Positions 56,202-64,000 of a DNA stretch of 64,000 bases are shown in pieces. Under the pieces are notes generated by a model that saw nothing but the letters and a program-made list of their open reading frames with translations, did no database searches and was not told the DNA's origin. Position 1 is the stretch's first letter, and each line of letters starts with the position of its first letter. The DNA is from Qipengyuania sp. (GTDB lineage: Bacteria; Pseudomonadota; Alphaproteobacteria; Sphingomonadales; Sphingomonadaceae): contig NZ_JBLYYF010000009.1 in the NCBI RefSeq assembly GCF_048550555.1, forward strand, positions 19 through 64,018. The letters run 5' to 3'. A program made the translations under genes and the position numbers.

Positions 56202-56472
56202 TATTCCAGCACGGTTCTCCGAGACGGAGAGCGGCAAATTCGCCGGGAGGAGACGAATATCGCACGGCCTCCGGTGTTGCGACGTACGTGCTGTATTTGA
56301 AAAATAGACTTGGCGCGGTGCGAATGGCGCCAGCAGATCGCAACCTCTTCGGGGTTGCGAGAATGGCGAAGTTTCTCGTCCTTGACGATGACAATGTGCG
56401 CCGTGTTGCGATCGAGGGGCGAGGCCTGTGGCCAGCGCCCGCAACGCTGTCCGTTCGGGCCATGGATCGGCC

Positions 56473-56877
56473 TCAGACTTCGGGCGCGGCGCCGTCCTTC
56501 ATGTGCGCGATCACGGCGACCAAGGCCGTTCCATAGGCGCCCAGCAAAGCGATCGCGGGATCGGCGGCGAAGAAGTTGCCTTCCTCGACTTCCTCGACGA
56601 TTTTGACCAGGCCCGAGGACGATCCGATAGCAGATCGCGAAATGAGTATCCCGCACAGCGGCCCGATAAGTTCGATCGCAGCGGTGACGTGGGCCTCGAC
56701 TTCAAGCAACTCAGCGACCCGCGCAGGCTCGGCGCGCGGAGTAATCAGGGGAGCGATGAATTCGGGCGCCTCTTCGAGAATCTGAGCCATCCCGAGAACG
56801 GCAGCGGAAGCCGTCTCGAACCCGTCGATCGAACATTCTTCGACGAAGGTCAGCAATCTGGATTCCCATGGAGACAT
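56473..56877 (-). CDS. hypothetical protein (134 aa)
   Basis: Acidic, helical, protein-like composition; lies in otherwise gene-free DNA downstream of fliA. No recognised motif. Confidence 0.5.
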   Translation of the reverse strand: MSPWESRLLTFVEECSIDGFETASAAVLGMAQILEEAPEFIAPLITPRAEPARVAELLEVEAHVTAAIELIGPLCGILISRSAIGSSSGLVKIVEEVEEGNFFAADPAIALLGAYGTALVAVIAHMKDGAAPEV

Positions 56878-57014
56878 TCAAATGCATCCCTAGCGCGCCT
56901 GTCCCAAGAGGGGCGGCGTAGCAATGTTACACGTCGCAATTCATCCATGCCATGCAGCAAGCCATGAATATCACCCGCCAATTTTTGACATTTCCGTGCC
57001 TGACTAAGTAATGT

Positions 57015-57740
57015 TCAGTCGTCTTCGCGTTCGACAATTGCAAGCTTGAGCTTCGAAAGGGCCGACGCTTTTAGCTGATGCACCCGCGGAACACTGACAT
57101 CCAGCACCGCAGCGATTTCGGTCAGATTCAGTTCTTCGATGAAGTGAAGCTTGATGATGAGCTGAAGGCGCTCGGGAAGTTCGGCGATGGCCTGGGCAAG
57201 AGCAACCCGGTCGCCGGCTTCTAGCAGTTGTGCTTCCGGATCGGGCTCTGCCGATTCGAAGAGCGAATTGGAATCCGAATAGCAATCCTCGAGATCGACC
57301 ATCCGGGTCGCGAGCTGCGTACGCATGTCGTGATACTCCTCGAGCGAGATTTCGAGCGCCCGCGCGATTTCCGCTGCCGAGGGATCGCGACCAAGCTTGC
57401 TCCGCAGCTCGTCGACTGCGGCATCGATCCGGCGCCGTTGCGACGCAGCGCCGCGCGCCTGCGGCGATTGTGAGCGCAGCAGGTCGATCATCGCCCCGCG
57501 CACACGCATCTTGGCGTAGGCGGCAAATCCGTCTTCACCGGGGCGATCGTGCTTCTGCGCACATTCGGTCAGGGCGATCATCCCGGCCTGCATCAGATCG
57601 TCGATATCGACCGAAGCGCCGCAGCTGCCCTCGTAATACCAGGCCAGCTTGCGAACCATCGGCAGGAACCGGCCTATGCGGTCGTTGATCTCGCTCGAAT
57701 AGGCGCGTTGGGCGTTGAAATTGGAGTGGTCGTACTTCAT
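57015..57740 (-). CDS. fliA: flagellar sigma factor sigma28
   Basis: DDLMQAGMIAL, YAKMRVRGAMIDLLR, ELNLTEIAAVLDVSVPRVHQL. Confidence 0.95.
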   Translation of the reverse strand: MKYDHSNFNAQRAYSSEINDRIGRFLPMVRKLAWYYEGSCGASVDIDDLMQAGMIALTECAQKHDRPGEDGFAAYAKMRVRGAMIDLLRSQSPQARGAASQRRRIDAAVDELRSKLGRDPSAAEIARALEISLEEYHDMRTQLATRMVDLEDCYSDSNSLFESAEPDPEAQLLEAGDRVALAQAIAELPERLQLIIKLHFIEELNLTEIAAVLDVSVPRVHQLKASALSKLKLAIVEREDD

Positions 57741-59839
57741 GCCGCAAGGGCCTCCGTTTCATGGCCGAGTTGGGCGGGTTGTTCGTGCTGTTCGTCGCCG
57801 ACGACCGCGATCACTTCGATCGGCTGCGCGGCGGGCAATTCGTTGATCGAGAGGACCAGGCACTGCGGGGCCCGCAGGCGCAGAAGTGCGGTCAGGGCGC
57901 GGCGCGCGCGCGGCTGCACGATCAGCGCGGGGCGCGCGGCGGCGGGGTCCCGCTGGGCGACGATGGCGCCGATCCGTTCACCGATCGAGCGGGCGAGATC
58001 GGGTTCGATCACGATCTCGCCCGAGGCCGGGTCCTGCAGCCCGCCGACGACCATTTCCTCGAGCCGCGCGGCCAGCGTGATGACCGGCAGTTTGGCGTCC
58101 GGCGGACAGGCCTCGGCGACGATCATCGCACCCAGGTCGGCGCGGACGAGGTCGATCAGGCGATCGTGTTCGGCGGTCTGCTGGGCGGCGAGCGAGATGC
58201 TCGAGAACACACGCAGCGAATGGCGCAGCGAGATTCCGTCGGCGAGCAGTGCCTTGAGCAGGCGAGTCACCGCCGCCAGCGTCAGCGGCTGGGGGGTGAT
58301 CGTATCGATCAGCTGCGAATGGCGGCCGCGGAGGTAGTCTATCAGGTCGCGGACCTGGTCCGGGCCGAGCAGATCCTGCGCCCGTACGGCGAGCAGCTGG
58401 TGGATCTGGGTGGCAATGACGCTTTCGGGATCGACCGCGAGATAGCCCTCGGCAACCGCCAGGTCGCGCGTGCCCGGATCGATCCACAGCGCCGGACAGC
58501 CGAAGCTCGGGTCGATGGTCGCTTCACCGGGGATCGGCTGCGAATTCATCACCTCGCCGGTATCGATCGCCAGCAAGTGGTCGGGTTTGATCCTGCCGCC
58601 GCCGATCATCGCGCCGCCGAGCGTGATGCGATAGCTGTCGGGCTCGACCTCGAAGCTGTCCTCGATACGGAATTGCGGCACGATGAAGCCGAAGGTCTGG
58701 CACATCTGCTTGCGCAGCCCGGTAAGCCGCGTCACCAGCGTCGCGCCCCGCTTCTCGTCGGTCATGTGGATCAGGCCGTAGCCGAGCTGGATGGTGACCA
58801 GCGTTTGGTCGGTGACTTCCTCGATCGCGATCCTCGCGGGGTCGACGACCACCTCGGGCTCGGGCTGGGTCTCCGCCGCTACCTGCCGCTTGCGCAGCTG
58901 GTTCCACAGCCAGAAGGCCCCTCCGGCCAGGGGCAGGATGATCGATTGCGGCATCGCCGGGATGCAGCCGATCACGGTGAGGATGCAGCCGACCGGCAGC
59001 CAGATCTTGGGATCCGACAGCTGGCCGCCGATCTGCCCGGTGAGATCGCGGGCATCGGACACGCGCGTCACGATCACCGCGGCGGCGATCGACAGCAGCA
59101 GCGCCGGGACCGATGCGACCAGCGCGTCGCCGACGGCGAGGGTGATGTAGAACTGCGCCGCTTCGCCTGCCGAGAGGTCGTGGGTGGTGATGCCCAGCAC
59201 GAGGCCGGCAATCACATTGATGCCCAGGATCAGCAGCGCGGCGACCGCATCGCCCTTCACGAACTTGCTGGCACCGTCCATCGAACCGTAGAAATCCGCC
59301 TCGGTGGCGATCTCGCGGCGGCGAGCCTTGGCCTCGTCGGCGGTCATCAGACCGGCGGCGAGGTCGGCGTCGATCGCCATCTGCTTGCCGGGCAGGGCAT
59401 CGAGGGTGAAACGGGCGGAGACTTCGGACACGCGTCCGGCACCCTTGGTCACGACCATCAGGTTGATCACCATGAGGATCAGGAAGACGAAGATGCCGAC
59501 GGCGAAATTGCCGCCGATCAGGAAAGCGCCGAAGGCCTCGATGACCTTGCCCGCCGCTTCACCGCCCTCGTGGCCGTTGAGCAGCACGATACGGGTCGAG
59601 GCGACATTGAGCGCGAGACGCAGCAGGGTCGCGAAGAGCAGCACGGACGGGAAGGAGGAGAAATCGAGCGGCTTCTTCGCATTCATCGCCGCCATCAGCA
59701 CCGACACCGACAGCGCGATGTTGAGCACGAAGAAGACGTCGAGCAGCATGGCAGGGATCGGCACGACCATCAGGAGGATGATCGTCAGGATGCCGACCGG
59801 GAGTGCGAGGCCGGGATTGAGGATCTGGCGCGCGCTCAC
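57737..59839 (-). CDS. flhA: flagellar export protein
   Basis: FSSFPSVLLFATLLRL, EVSARFTLDALPGKQMAIDADL, FYGSMDGASKFVKGDA. Confidence 0.97.
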   Translation of the reverse strand: MSARQILNPGLALPVGILTIILLMVVPIPAMLLDVFFVLNIALSVSVLMAAMNAKKPLDFSSFPSVLLFATLLRLALNVASTRIVLLNGHEGGEAAGKVIEAFGAFLIGGNFAVGIFVFLILMVINLMVVTKGAGRVSEVSARFTLDALPGKQMAIDADLAAGLMTADEAKARRREIATEADFYGSMDGASKFVKGDAVAALLILGINVIAGLVLGITTHDLSAGEAAQFYITLAVGDALVASVPALLLSIAAAVIVTRVSDARDLTGQIGGQLSDPKIWLPVGCILTVIGCIPAMPQSIILPLAGGAFWLWNQLRKRQVAAETQPEPEVVVDPARIAIEEVTDQTLVTIQLGYGLIHMTDEKRGATLVTRLTGLRKQMCQTFGFIVPQFRIEDSFEVEPDSYRITLGGAMIGGGRIKPDHLLAIDTGEVMNSQPIPGEATIDPSFGCPALWIDPGTRDLAVAEGYLAVDPESVIATQIHQLLAVRAQDLLGPDQVRDLIDYLRGRHSQLIDTITPQPLTLAAVTRLLKALLADGISLRHSLRVFSSISLAAQQTAEHDRLIDLVRADLGAMIVAEACPPDAKLPVITLAARLEEMVVGGLQDPASGEIVIEPDLARSIGERIGAIVAQRDPAAARPALIVQPRARRALTALLRLRAPQCLVLSINELPAAQPIEVIAVVGDEQHEQPAQLGHETEALAA

Positions 59840-60690
59840 AGGCCGAATGCCTTGAACTTGCCATAGGCGGCGGCGATGTGGTCGTTAGCCCGGCTAGCGC
59901 CCGTGCTGCCATCGCCGAAGGTCGAGCGCAGCGTATCCGCCATCGAGGGGCGCGGTCCGCCCGCCGGAGGCAGCGAGGGCATGGCGAGATTACTGCGGCT
60001 GTGCGTCGTCTGGCGGAAGGCGGGACGCGCGGCCAATCCGGCGAAATCGTATTCGATGCGATTGCCGCCATCCGGCATCTGGCCGGTGCCGTAGGCCGAG
60101 GCGACCTTGTTGCGCATGAGCGACATGACTTCGCCGACCGAACGCGGCGAGCCGCCGTCATAGAAGATCGGCCGGTTGGCGCGGGCCGCCTGCGGCATGA
60201 GTGCGGCGGCAGACTGGCCGGGATTGCTGTCGAGCGCGCCGAGAAACTGCTGGGCGCCACCGAGGCCGAGGAAATGGGCGAGATAGAGTTCGGCCGGTTC
60301 GGGTTCGCGTCCCAGGCTCGTGCGCAGACCGTCGGCGTTCTCGCGGGTCAGCTCGGCGGCCATCAGCGAGGAGGTATCGGCGTCGTAGCGCAGGGCCAGC
60401 AGGTGATCGCGCGTGGCGCGGTCGGCGACGCGGCCATTGGACCCGATCGCCGCATCGGCCCAGTCCATGCCGTGCTTGGCGCCATGCCGGTCGAGCGTTC
60501 GCAGCCAGGTCGAGTCGATGAACTGGTAGAGGCCCGTCGCGCTTGACGTGCCTGCCTTGGCGTTGGGATCGAGGCCCGATTCAAGCCGGGCCTGTGCCAG
60601 CAGGTAATCGAAGTCGACTCCGGTCCGCTGCGCAGCGCGGGCGATGGCGCCCTGCACTTCGGCGGTCTGGATTGGACTGATGGTGGGCAC
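59836..60690 (-). CDS. flagellum-associated lytic transglycosylase (SLT-like)
   Basis: LLAQARLESGLDP (catalytic Glu), SSATGLYQFIDSTW, LYLAHFLG. Confidence 0.85.
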   Translation of the reverse strand: MPTISPIQTAEVQGAIARAAQRTGVDFDYLLAQARLESGLDPNAKAGTSSATGLYQFIDSTWLRTLDRHGAKHGMDWADAAIGSNGRVADRATRDHLLALRYDADTSSLMAAELTRENADGLRTSLGREPEPAELYLAHFLGLGGAQQFLGALDSNPGQSAAALMPQAARANRPIFYDGGSPRSVGEVMSLMRNKVASAYGTGQMPDGGNRIEYDFAGLAARPAFRQTTHSRSNLAMPSLPPAGGPRPSMADTLRSTFGDGSTGASRANDHIAAAYGKFKAFGL

Positions 60691-60722
60691 GAAACCTCCG
60701 GGGATTGCTTTCCCGGTGGTTC

Positions 60723-60739
60723 AGCAAGGTCCGTGCCAA
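60723..60739 (-). promoter_or_regulatory. sigma54 promoter of the slt-flhA-fliA unit
   Basis: Minus strand TTGGCACGGACCTTGCT, the canonical -24/-12 form. Confidence 0.85.
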
Positions 60740-60766
60740 ATTTACCCGTGCGACCGGACCAAGGGC

Positions 60767-61102
60767 TCAGGCGAGCGCGACGCTCATACCCTGGCGGGGC
60801 AGGGCGGAATAGGGCTGGCCGCTGCCGCTCAGCGCGCCGAGGCGGTTCTGCACATTCGTCGCGATGAGGTTGCGCAGGCGGCGGTTGATCTCGTTGAGGC
60901 GGCGGACCGCGTCGAGTACGCCGAGGCATTCCTCGTCGAGGCTGTCCTGTTCGACGGCCTCCAGCCTGGCGCACAGATCCATCTTGCCGGTGGTGCAAGT
61001 GACGATCCGCTCGAGGTCGAGAGCGGCAAGCGCCTGCCGCTCACCCTGCAAAAGTGCGAGCATCTGTTGCAGGGTCGCCAGCGTTTCCTGTTTCCGGCTC
61101 AT
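60767..61102 (-). CDS. flgN: flagellar export chaperone FlgN-like
   Basis: LLQGERQALAALD, RRLNEINRRL; directly after flgM. Confidence 0.8.
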   Translation of the reverse strand: MSRKQETLATLQQMLALLQGERQALAALDLERIVTCTTGKMDLCARLEAVEQDSLDEECLGVLDAVRRLNEINRRLRNLIATNVQNRLGALSGSGQPYSALPRQGMSVALA

Positions 61103-61386
61103 TTCGCGATCTTTCCATAAAGGCCCGCAGCGATGATCGCGTCGGCGATCTCGAAGGGGATCAGCGGATAGGTATCGGATTCGATCGCCTTGCGGATCTC
61201 CGCCACGCGGTCGTTATCGACCGGGGCCTGCGAACCCGCCGAGAGGCGCGAGGTGGCAATGGGGGCGTCGGCCTGATGAGCTTCCGCCGCGGTCTTCTGT
61301 GAGGGCGAAATCTTTCCCGCTGCCGAAACGGCGGTGCTCGAACGCACTACCGCTCCCGAGAATTCCGGCAATCCGACAATTCGCAT
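61099..61386 (-). CDS. flgM: anti-sigma28 factor
   Basis: VDNDRVAEIRKAIESDTYPL...IADAII. Start ATG 61386. Confidence 0.88.
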   Translation of the reverse strand: MRIVGLPEFSGAVVRSSTAVSAAGKISPSQKTAAEAHQADAPIATSRLSAGSQAPVDNDRVAEIRKAIESDTYPLIPFEIADAIIAAGLYGKIAK

Positions 61387-61415
61387 CGTTCCGCTCCATT
61401 GGCTGGTTGCTTCAC

Positions 61416-61442
61416 AGAACGACGAAGTTTTTGCGAGTTTAA
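61416..61442 (-). promoter_or_regulatory. sigma28 promoter of flgM-flgN
   Basis: Minus strand TTAAA-N14-GTCGTTCT. Confidence 0.55.
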
Positions 61443-61466
61443 CTCCCCGGCAATGAAATTTGCCGC

Positions 61467-61979
61467 CTACGGCAATTCGATGCCGACCTGGCCCGGGCGG
61501 ATGACCATGGCGCGGATCGTTTCGGTGCGTTCGCCCGTGGCGCGCACCTTGATCCATTCGCCCTGCGCGCCGTCTTCCATGGCAGAACCCTGCCGGGTGA
61601 GCGTGAAGCCACCGCCGCGTACCTGGATGCTGACCGCTTCGCCGCGACGGACGAGCGTTTCACCATAGGCCTGCACCCCGTGGGAGGCACCGCCGCCGCC
61701 ATTGTCGACGGCGACATAGATCCGCCAACCGGCACTGGGACAGGCGATCTGGACCGAGCGCTGGTCGCGCCCGAACCATTGCAGGTCGAGCGGGGACTGG
61801 CAGCTTGCGAGCCGCAGGCGACGGTCGACGGGCAGCTTGGCGCCGCCCGGCTGACCGATCTCGGCACCGGTGAAATCGGCGACGGCGCGATCGATCATCG
61901 ACAGGTCCATCGGCGTGGCGGCTGCGGCAGCAGTCGCGAGCAGCGAAGCGGCAAGGGGTCCTAGAAAGAGATGGCGCAT
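61467..61979 (-). CDS. flgA: P-ring formation chaperone
   Basis: Signal peptide, VDRRLRLASC, LVRRGEAV, AMEDGAQGEWIKV. Confidence 0.9.
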   Translation of the reverse strand: MRHLFLGPLAASLLATAAAAATPMDLSMIDRAVADFTGAEIGQPGGAKLPVDRRLRLASCQSPLDLQWFGRDQRSVQIACPSAGWRIYVAVDNGGGGASHGVQAYGETLVRRGEAVSIQVRGGGFTLTRQGSAMEDGAQGEWIKVRATGERTETIRAMVIRPGQVGIELP

Positions 61980-62030
61980 GGTCGATCCTGGCTCTGATTG
62001 GCGTAGTGCCCCCGGCGGGAGCCTCCACCG

Positions 62031-62453
62031 CTATCGAGCAAGGTTCGTGCCATCTTCGCTTTCGCGGAGGTAGTCGACTGCGATCACGATATCGTCGCGT
62101 GCATCGGGCGTCGCCACCAGTCGCGCAGCCACGCCGGCATTTTCGGCTTCCTCGAGCAGGCGCTCGCCTTCGGCAAGAGCGCGCGCGCGCTGTTCGCGCG
62201 TATAGCTGACGGTGACAGTGGCGACCTGCCGCTCGTCGGTGACGGTGGCGAGCAACCACTTGCTGACGCTTTCGCCCTGCGCGGGTCTGTGCAGGGCGAG
62301 CGCGGAGGAAGCGGCCGGGGCGGAAGCCTCGTTCTCGACCGCTACGGCTGGCGTCGGCTGCTCCTCGCGCACGGCCTGCGCGGTGATAAGGAACAGGATC
62401 AGCGCAAGGTCCGCCGTGGCGGTCTGCCAGCCCGAGGCGGCGCGAATGATCAT
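62031..62453 (-). CDS. short MotB-like protein lacking an OmpA peptidoglycan-binding domain
   Basis: GWQTATADLALILFL resembles the MotB TM motif W..T.AD..TLL with the conserved Asp. 140 aa; ATGA-coupled to the motA-like gene. Confidence 0.7.
   Translation of the reverse strand: MIIRAASGWQTATADLALILFLITAQAVREEQPTPAVAVENEASAPAASSALALHRPAQGESVSKWLLATVTDERQVATVTVSYTREQRARALAEGERLLEEAENAGVAARLVATPDARDDIVIAVDYLRESEDGTNLAR
62037..62053 (-). promoter_or_regulatory. sigma54 promoter of flgA, inside the motB-like 3' end
   Basis: Minus strand ATGGCACGAACCTTGCT. Confidence 0.8.
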
Positions 62454-63106
62454 GCCGCTTCCCTCTGGGGCAGGGGGGTGACGCTGCGGACACCGGTCTG
62501 GCGGATACCGTGGGCCAGCCATTCGAGCACTTCGTCGCGATCGCTCTCTTCCTGCCGCGACTTGCGCCCGATCGCACTTGCCAGCGGCGCGAAGAGGAAA
62601 TTCGCGGCGACCAGCCCGTAGAGCGTGGTCACGACCGCCATGGCGATCGCCCCGACGAGCCCCGTGTCCGCGGAGGACGGCCCCTGTGCCTGGCCCAGCG
62701 CGATCAGCGTCCCGGCAAGCCCGAAGACCGGCGCGAGGTCGGCGGCGCATTCGAGCACGCGGGTCGCGGTCTGTGCGCGGGCGAGGCGCGCTTCCTTGAA
62801 CTTGAGGTGTTCGCTGTGCAGCGACTGGATCGAACGCTGGCTGATGATCAGGTCGGAGAGGCTGTCGAATTCCTTGTCGCCGAAGCGGCGGACCTCGGCG
62901 CGGACGAAGCCGTCGTCGGCGATCGTGCGGATCTGCAGCGAAAGCTCGGCCTTGGCGCGGGTCGCGTGGAACGATCGCTCGAACAGGCCGCGCACGGCAC
63001 CGAGGGCGGTTCGGCTGTCGGCTATGCCGCAGCGCATGGCGGTCGCCACTAGCGTGCCGACAAGGACGATGGCGATCGCGGCGGGGTCGAACCAGGTTTC
63101 CAGCAT
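62450..63106 (-). CDS. MotA/TolQ/ExbB family protein, short MotA-like
   Basis: APVFGLAGTLIAL and AMAVVTTLYGLVAANFLFAPLA match MotA TM3/TM4; only 218 aa. Confidence 0.82.
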   Translation of the reverse strand: MLETWFDPAAIAIVLVGTLVATAMRCGIADSRTALGAVRGLFERSFHATRAKAELSLQIRTIADDGFVRAEVRRFGDKEFDSLSDLIISQRSIQSLHSEHLKFKEARLARAQTATRVLECAADLAPVFGLAGTLIALGQAQGPSSADTGLVGAIAMAVVTTLYGLVAANFLFAPLASAIGRKSRQEESDRDEVLEWLAHGIRQTGVRSVTPLPQREAA

Positions 63107-63129
63107 GGGGTAGCTACTCCTTGCGGACT

Positions 63130-63156
63130 AGAACGGCGGCGGCAGCGGCAGTTTTA
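63130..63156 (-). promoter_or_regulatory. sigma28 promoter of the motA-motB-like pair
   Basis: Minus strand TAAA-N15-GCCGTTCT. Confidence 0.65.
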
Positions 63157-63239
63157 TCCGGCGGACGAACTTTGCCGCTATCCGGCAAAGCCTTGCCAGC
63201 CATTGCCGGTTTGACCCGTTTGAGGGCGGCAATTCGTTT

Positions 63240-63256
63240 TTGGCACGCCCCTTGCT
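63240..63256 (+). promoter_or_regulatory. sigma54 promoter of the flgB operon
   Basis: TTGGCACGCCCCTTGCT, the canonical -24/-12 form. Confidence 0.88.
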
Positions 63257-63289
63257 GAACATCTTCCGTAATTTTTCGCGGAGGCTCAC

Positions 63290-63637
63290 ATGAGCGAAGG
63301 TTTGTTCGGCATTCACGGGGCGGCACTGGAAATCCGGTCGCAGCGCATGAGCGTGCTCGGCTCGAATATCGCCAATGCCGCCACGCCCGGCTACAAGGCG
63401 CGCGACGTCGATTTCGCCGCCGCGCTGCAGGCCCGCCTGGGTGGCGTCGACAGCGATCGCGCCAGCGAAGGCGCGATGCAGTACCGCATCCCGACCATGG
63501 CCAGCCTCGACGGCAACACCGTCGAAATGGCGACCGAGCAGACGGCCTTCGCCGAGAACGCCGTCGCCTATACGGCGACGCTCAACTTCCTGCGCGGACG
63601 GGTCGAGACCGTCACCCGCGCGATCCGGGGCGAATGA
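63290..63637 (+). CDS. flgB: flagellar basal-body rod protein
   Basis: SNIANAATPGYKARDVDF, LDGNTVE. Confidence 0.95.
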   Translation: MSEGLFGIHGAALEIRSQRMSVLGSNIANAATPGYKARDVDFAAALQARLGGVDSDRASEGAMQYRIPTMASLDGNTVEMATEQTAFAENAVAYTATLNFLRGRVETVTRAIRGE

Positions 63638-64000
63638 CGATGGCGGGCCCGACCTTCTTCGAAATCGGTCATCGCGCCATGTCCGCCCAGCTTACGCGGA
63701 TGAACACGGCAGCGTCGAATCTCGCCAATGCCGGCTCGGTCGCGGGCAGCGAGGAAGAGGCCTATCGCCCGATGCGCACCGTGTTCGAGCAGGAGCTCGA
63801 CCGGGCCAGCGGCCTTTCGTCGGTCCGCGTCGGCGGAGTGGTGCGCGAGGATGTCGCGCCGATCCGCCGCCACGATCCGGGCCACCCGCTCGCCGACGAG
63901 AACGGCGATGTCTGGGAAGCCCCGGTCGATGAGAATTCCGAGATGGTCGAGATGCTCGAAGCCTCGCGCCAGTACCGCAACATGGTCGAAGCGATGTCGA
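63634..64000 (+). CDS. flgC: flagellar basal-body rod protein (runs off the window edge)
   Basis: Hand translation from ATG 63634: AMSAQLTRMNTAASNLANA...AYRPMRTVF...DPGHPLADENG...EMVEMLEASRQY. Confidence 0.93.
   Translation, partial: MTMAGPTFFEIGHRAMSAQLTRMNTAASNLANAGSVAGSEEEAYRPMRTVFEQELDRASGLSSVRVGGVVREDVAPIRRHDPGHPLADENGDVWEAPVDENSEMVEMLEASRQYRNMVEAMS

Noticed and set aside
56288-56536. 82-aa plus-strand ORF after fliS
   Set aside because: No clear RBS or motif, it spans a strong hairpin, and it overlaps the more protein-like minus-strand ORF.
555-63983. Many long antisense or alternate-frame ORFs (e.g. 555-2174, 25112-26314, 42854-44335, 54326-55810, 57761-59866)
   Set aside because: They overlap well-supported genes, have no recognisable motifs, and are expected from stop-codon scarcity in high-GC DNA.
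1-64000. tRNA, rRNA, CRISPR arrays, riboswitches, intact transposases
   Set aside because: None was recognised by eye; Infernal/Rfam and tRNAscan runs would be needed to exclude divergent RNAs.

Overview
High-GC alphaproteobacterial DNA, most consistent with an aerobic anoxygenic phototroph of the Erythrobacteraceae/Sphingomonadales (inferred from gene content and order). It has three blocks. (1) 1-12.6 kb is one end of a photosynthesis gene cluster (bchZ partial, bchYXC, crtF, crtD, crtC, a 61-aa membrane ORF, bchO, bchD, bchI) with PpsR/CrtJ-type palindromes, followed by a DUF3422 gene. (2) About 12.8-39.3 kb is an island-like catabolic region that opens with a GH3 beta-glucosidase fragment and a tyrosine-integrase pseudogene. 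It holds two TonB-receptor-linked catabolic loci. The first encodes GntR, an HMG-CoA-lyase-family enzyme, hydantoinase A and B, a CoA transferase and an isochorismatase-family amidase. The second encodes TetR, a BVMO, a racemase-type CoA transferase, an acyl-CoA ligase, an APH kinase, two SDRs, an ACAD10/11-type dehydrogenase, an NTF2-fold protein, an alpha/beta hydrolase and an Old Yellow Enzyme. (3) 39.3-64 kb is a PilZ gene plus a sigma54/sigma28-controlled flagellar cluster. The most striking observation is in the second catabolic locus. It carries a 155-aa protein that aligns over its full length with the lindane dehydrochlorinase LinA (catalytic Asp/His kept), 1.4 kb downstream of a 250-aa LinX-like SDR, within what looks like a lactone/hydroxy-acid (lva-like) pathway. 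This is a candidate natural context for the ancestors of linX-linA. All similarity calls rest on motif recognition and hand alignment to recalled sequences; no database search was run.
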